Part shown: positions 61,617 through 64,000 of the stretch, piece by piece | Layout of the letters: the number at the start of each line of letters is the position of its first letter | Position numbering within the stretch: the stretch's first letter is position 1 | Assembly: GCA_026417975.1 (NCBI GenBank) | Contig: JAOACD010000007.1 | Span: 4,994-68,993 of the forward strand | Origin: Melioribacter sp. | GTDB taxonomy: Bacteria; Bacteroidota; Ignavibacteria; Ignavibacteriales; Melioribacteraceae | Direction: 5' to 3' | DNA length: 64,000 nucleotides | Notes under the pieces: model-generated | What the model saw: the letters and a program-made list of their open reading frames with translations, nothing else | The model's database searches: none | Told to the model about the DNA's origin: nothing | Program-made: the position numbers and the translations under genes

Positions 61617-62552
61617 TTAAGAAATTATTTTACCTTCAGAGTCGTATTTAAAAAATCCTTCTCCTGTTTTTTTACCTAATTTCCTTTCACGTACAAGTTT
61701 TCGAAGGATCGGACAAGCCCGATAGCGTGGTTCGCCCAAGCTATGCCACAGAGTTTCCATCCAAGTGAGGACTTCATCTAAGCCCATAGTATCAGCCATT
61801 TCAAGTGGTCCCATTGGCAAATTGTAGCCTAATTTCATTGCAGTATCAATATCTTTTGCAGATGCAATCCCTTCAAGAAGAATATACATTGCTTCATTTA
61901 ATAAAGGAACTATTGCGCGAGTAGTAACAAATCCAGGATATTCATAGACTTCTACAGGTGTTTTACCAATTCGTGCAGCAAATCTTTTAATAATTTCTAC
62001 TGTTTTATCAGAAGTTTCTAGTGCTCTTACTAATTCAACGAGTGGTACTTTAGGAACAGGATTAAGGAAGTGCATCCCAATAATCTTATCTCTTCTTTTA
62101 GTAACCTCAGCAATTTTAGTTAAACTAAGAGTAGAAGTATTTGAAATAAAAATTGTTTGTGGCTTAGCAATTTCATCTAGTTCTTTAAAAATTCTTTTCT
62201 TTAATTCATAGTCTTCATCTACTGCTTCAATTATAAGGTCACATTCTGGGATATCATTTCGATCTGTAGTCCATTTAATTCTTGATAAAATCGATTTCAT
62301 TTCGCTTTGTGTCATTGCCCATCGAGCAATTTCTCTTTCCATAGATGCCTTAAGACTTTCTTTAGAATGTTCAACACTTTCTTCATCTTTTTCTATTATT
62401 ACTACTTCTAAGCCAGCAGCCGATACAGTTTGGGCAATCCCCTGCCCCATTACTCCACCCCCTATTATTGCTACAAAATCAATACGGTCAGTTTCTTCGT
62501 TTCTTTGAACCCCACCAAGTAGATCTTCCAATTTTAGCTTTTCTTCTCCCAT
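61617..62552 (-). CDS. hbd: 3-hydroxyacyl(butyryl)-CoA dehydrogenase
   Basis: GGGVMG, IEAV, SNTSTL, GMHFLNP, PMGP, LGKKTGEGF. Confidence 0.88.
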   Translation of the reverse strand: MGEEKLKLEDLLGGVQRNEETDRIDFVAIIGGGVMGQGIAQTVSAAGLEVVIIEKDEESVEHSKESLKASMEREIARWAMTQSEMKSILSRIKWTTDRNDIPECDLIIEAVDEDYELKKRIFKELDEIAKPQTIFISNTSTLSLTKIAEVTKRRDKIIGMHFLNPVPKVPLVELVRALETSDKTVEIIKRFAARIGKTPVEVYEYPGFVTTRAIVPLLNEAMYILLEGIASAKDIDTAMKLGYNLPMGPLEMADTMGLDEVLTWMETLWHSLGEPRYRACPILRKLVRERKLGKKTGEGFFKYDSEGKIIS

Positions 62553-62578
62553 ACAAATATTTTCCTTTTTTGTTGTAA

Positions 62579-62586
62579 CAAATTTA
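62579..62586 (-). promoter_or_regulatory. TAnnTTTG promoter element for hbd-ackA-GT9-GT9
   Basis: TAAATTTG on minus, 27 nt upstream of ATG 62552. Confidence 0.45.
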
Positions 62587-62845
62587 TAAAAAGAGCCAGT
62601 TATATGAACAAATATTATACCATACTCAGAACAACAAAAAATAAAAACTTTTAGTTATTTTTATGTAAAAATTACGAAAAATAAAAAGTAATAATTTTAA
62701 TAATGAGAAAAATACTAGTAATGGATTGCTTTTCGGATTTAGATTAATAAAGTCAAAAAAAGAATGTGAGCGGGGAACTTTTTAATTAAGATTTATAGAA
62801 GTTGTATGTGTAGTTTTCTGATCCAATTCAAATTTTAATTTAAAA

Positions 62846-62887
62846 GCAAGGTTAAGAGTAAAAACTTACTACTACTCTTAACCTTGC
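62846..62887 (-). terminator. Intrinsic terminator after icd
   Basis: GCAAGGTTAAGAGTA-N12-TACTCTTAACCTTGC followed by TTTT on the minus strand. Confidence 0.75.
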
Positions 62888-62894
62888 AATTATT

Positions 62895-64000
62895 TTATTC
62901 CATATTTTTTACTATTTCTCTAGCAAAATCAGAACAGCTTACTTCTTTTGCTCCCTTCATCAGTCTGGCAAAATCGTAAGTAACAGTTTTAGCTTTTATA
63001 GTTTTGTTTAAGGCTTTTTCAATCAGTTTTGCTGCTTTCTTCCATCCTATATAATTTAACATCATTACACCAGAAAGAATAACAGAACCTGGATTAACCT
63101 TATCGAGTCCTGCATATTTAGGAGCTGTTCCATGAGTTGCTTCAAAAACTGCATGATAATAACTCATATTAGCACCTGGTGCAATTCCTAAGCCACCTAC
63201 TTGAGCAGCACATGCGTCTGATAAATAATCTCCATTTAAATTAGGTGTTGCTATCACATCATACTCATCAGGTCTTAACAATATTTGTTGAAACATGTTA
63301 TCTGCAATTCTATCTTTTATTACTATTTTACCTGTTGGAACTACTCCATTATAAGTTTTTGATACTTCTTCCTCTGTAACAATAATATCACTAAAATATT
63401 TTTTTGCCGTTTCATATCCCCATTCTTTAAACGAGCCTTCCGTAAATTTCATTATATTGCCTTTGTGAACAAGAGTTACACTTTTCCTTTTGTTCTCGAT
63501 TGCATATTCTATTGCTTTTTTTACTAATCTTTCTGTCCCAAACTGACTAATTGGTTTAATGCCAATACCAGAATCTGGTCTAATACTTTTATCAAATTTT
63601 CTGTTAATGTAATTAATTAATGCAACAGCTTCTTTACTTTTAGATTTGAACTCTATTCCTGCATAAACATCTTCTGTATTTTCTCTAAATATTACAACAT
63701 CTAATGCTTGAGGCTTTTTAACGGGACTAGGAACTCCCGTATAATACTTTACAGGTCTTACGCAAGCAAACAAATCGAGTTCTTGGCGTAGCGTTACATT
63801 TAAGCTTCTAATTCCACCACCAACTGGCGTAGTAAGAGGGCCTTTAATAGCAATAATAAATTCCTTAATAGCATCAAGAGTTTCCTTAGGTAACCATTGA
63901 TTTTTACCGTAAACCTTTAGAGCTTTTTCCCCAGCATAAATTTCCATCCAAGCAATTTTCTTTTTACCTTGATAAGCTTTTTCTACTGCCGCATCAAAAA
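62895..64000 (-). CDS. icd: NADP-dependent isocitrate dehydrogenase (5' end outside the window)
   Basis: [45 protein letters not shown]; the frame stays open to the window edge ([18 protein letters not shown]). Confidence 0.96.
   Translation of the reverse strand, partial: FDAAVEKAYQGKKKIAWMEIYAGEKALKVYGKNQWLPKETLDAIKEFIIAIKGPLTTPVGGGIRSLNVTLRQELDLFACVRPVKYYTGVPSPVKKPQALDVVIFRENTEDVYAGIEFKSKSKEAVALINYINRKFDKSIRPDSGIGIKPISQFGTERLVKKAIEYAIENKRKSVTLVHKGNIMKFTEGSFKEWGYETAKKYFSDIIVTEEEVSKTYNGVVPTGKIVIKDRIADNMFQQILLRPDEYDVIATPNLNGDYLSDACAAQVGGLGIAPGANMSYYHAVFEATHGTAPKYAGLDKVNPGSVILSGVMMLNYIGWKKAAKLIEKALNKTIKAKTVTYDFARLMKGAKEVSCSDFAREIVKNME

Noticed and set aside
62763-62783. AATGTGAGCGGGGAACTTTT resembling a lac operator or cre site
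   Set aside because: Only the left half matches, it is not palindromic, and no LacI-family gene is in the window; likely chance, and too short to indicate vector contamination

Overview
Very AT-rich (about 28-30% GC by eye) bacterial chromosomal window. Gene content and style suggest Ignavibacteriota (Melioribacteraceae-like); this is an inference, not a database result. It holds about 58 mostly housekeeping CDS. These include surface-polysaccharide genes (wbpA/wbpB-like, uxs, wzc, wza-like, two GT9), glgP, ftsX, recR/ybaB, psd-pssA-purS-purQ-tatA-gatA, a four-gene pectin-degradation operon, sucD-ndk, nfeD, speB and a long minus-strand run (ytxH to EF-G2, HIT, glycerate kinase, thyX, folA, mutL, ubiA, tgt, yajC). 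A DHS-like gene, mdh, pta, ackA, hisS, rlmB and a partial icd are also present. I saw no rRNA, tRNA, CRISPR array, transposase or prophage. The best candidate for an undescribed system is a two-gene operon at 48473-51224. It pairs an opine (octopine/nopaline-type) dehydrogenase with a single-chain B12-binding protein whose C-terminal region aligns by eye with the glutamate mutase E subunit but has a remodelled active site and a CxHxxG cobalamin motif. An uncharacterised 566-aa Rossmann protein nearby (55397-57097) is a possible partner. Other observations: arsM interrupted by an in-frame TAA, a lipoprotein that must start at ATT, thyX directly upstream of folA, a REP-like hairpin pair at the left edge, and a recurring Bacteroidota-type TAnnTTTG promoter element 26-39 nt upstream of most operon starts.
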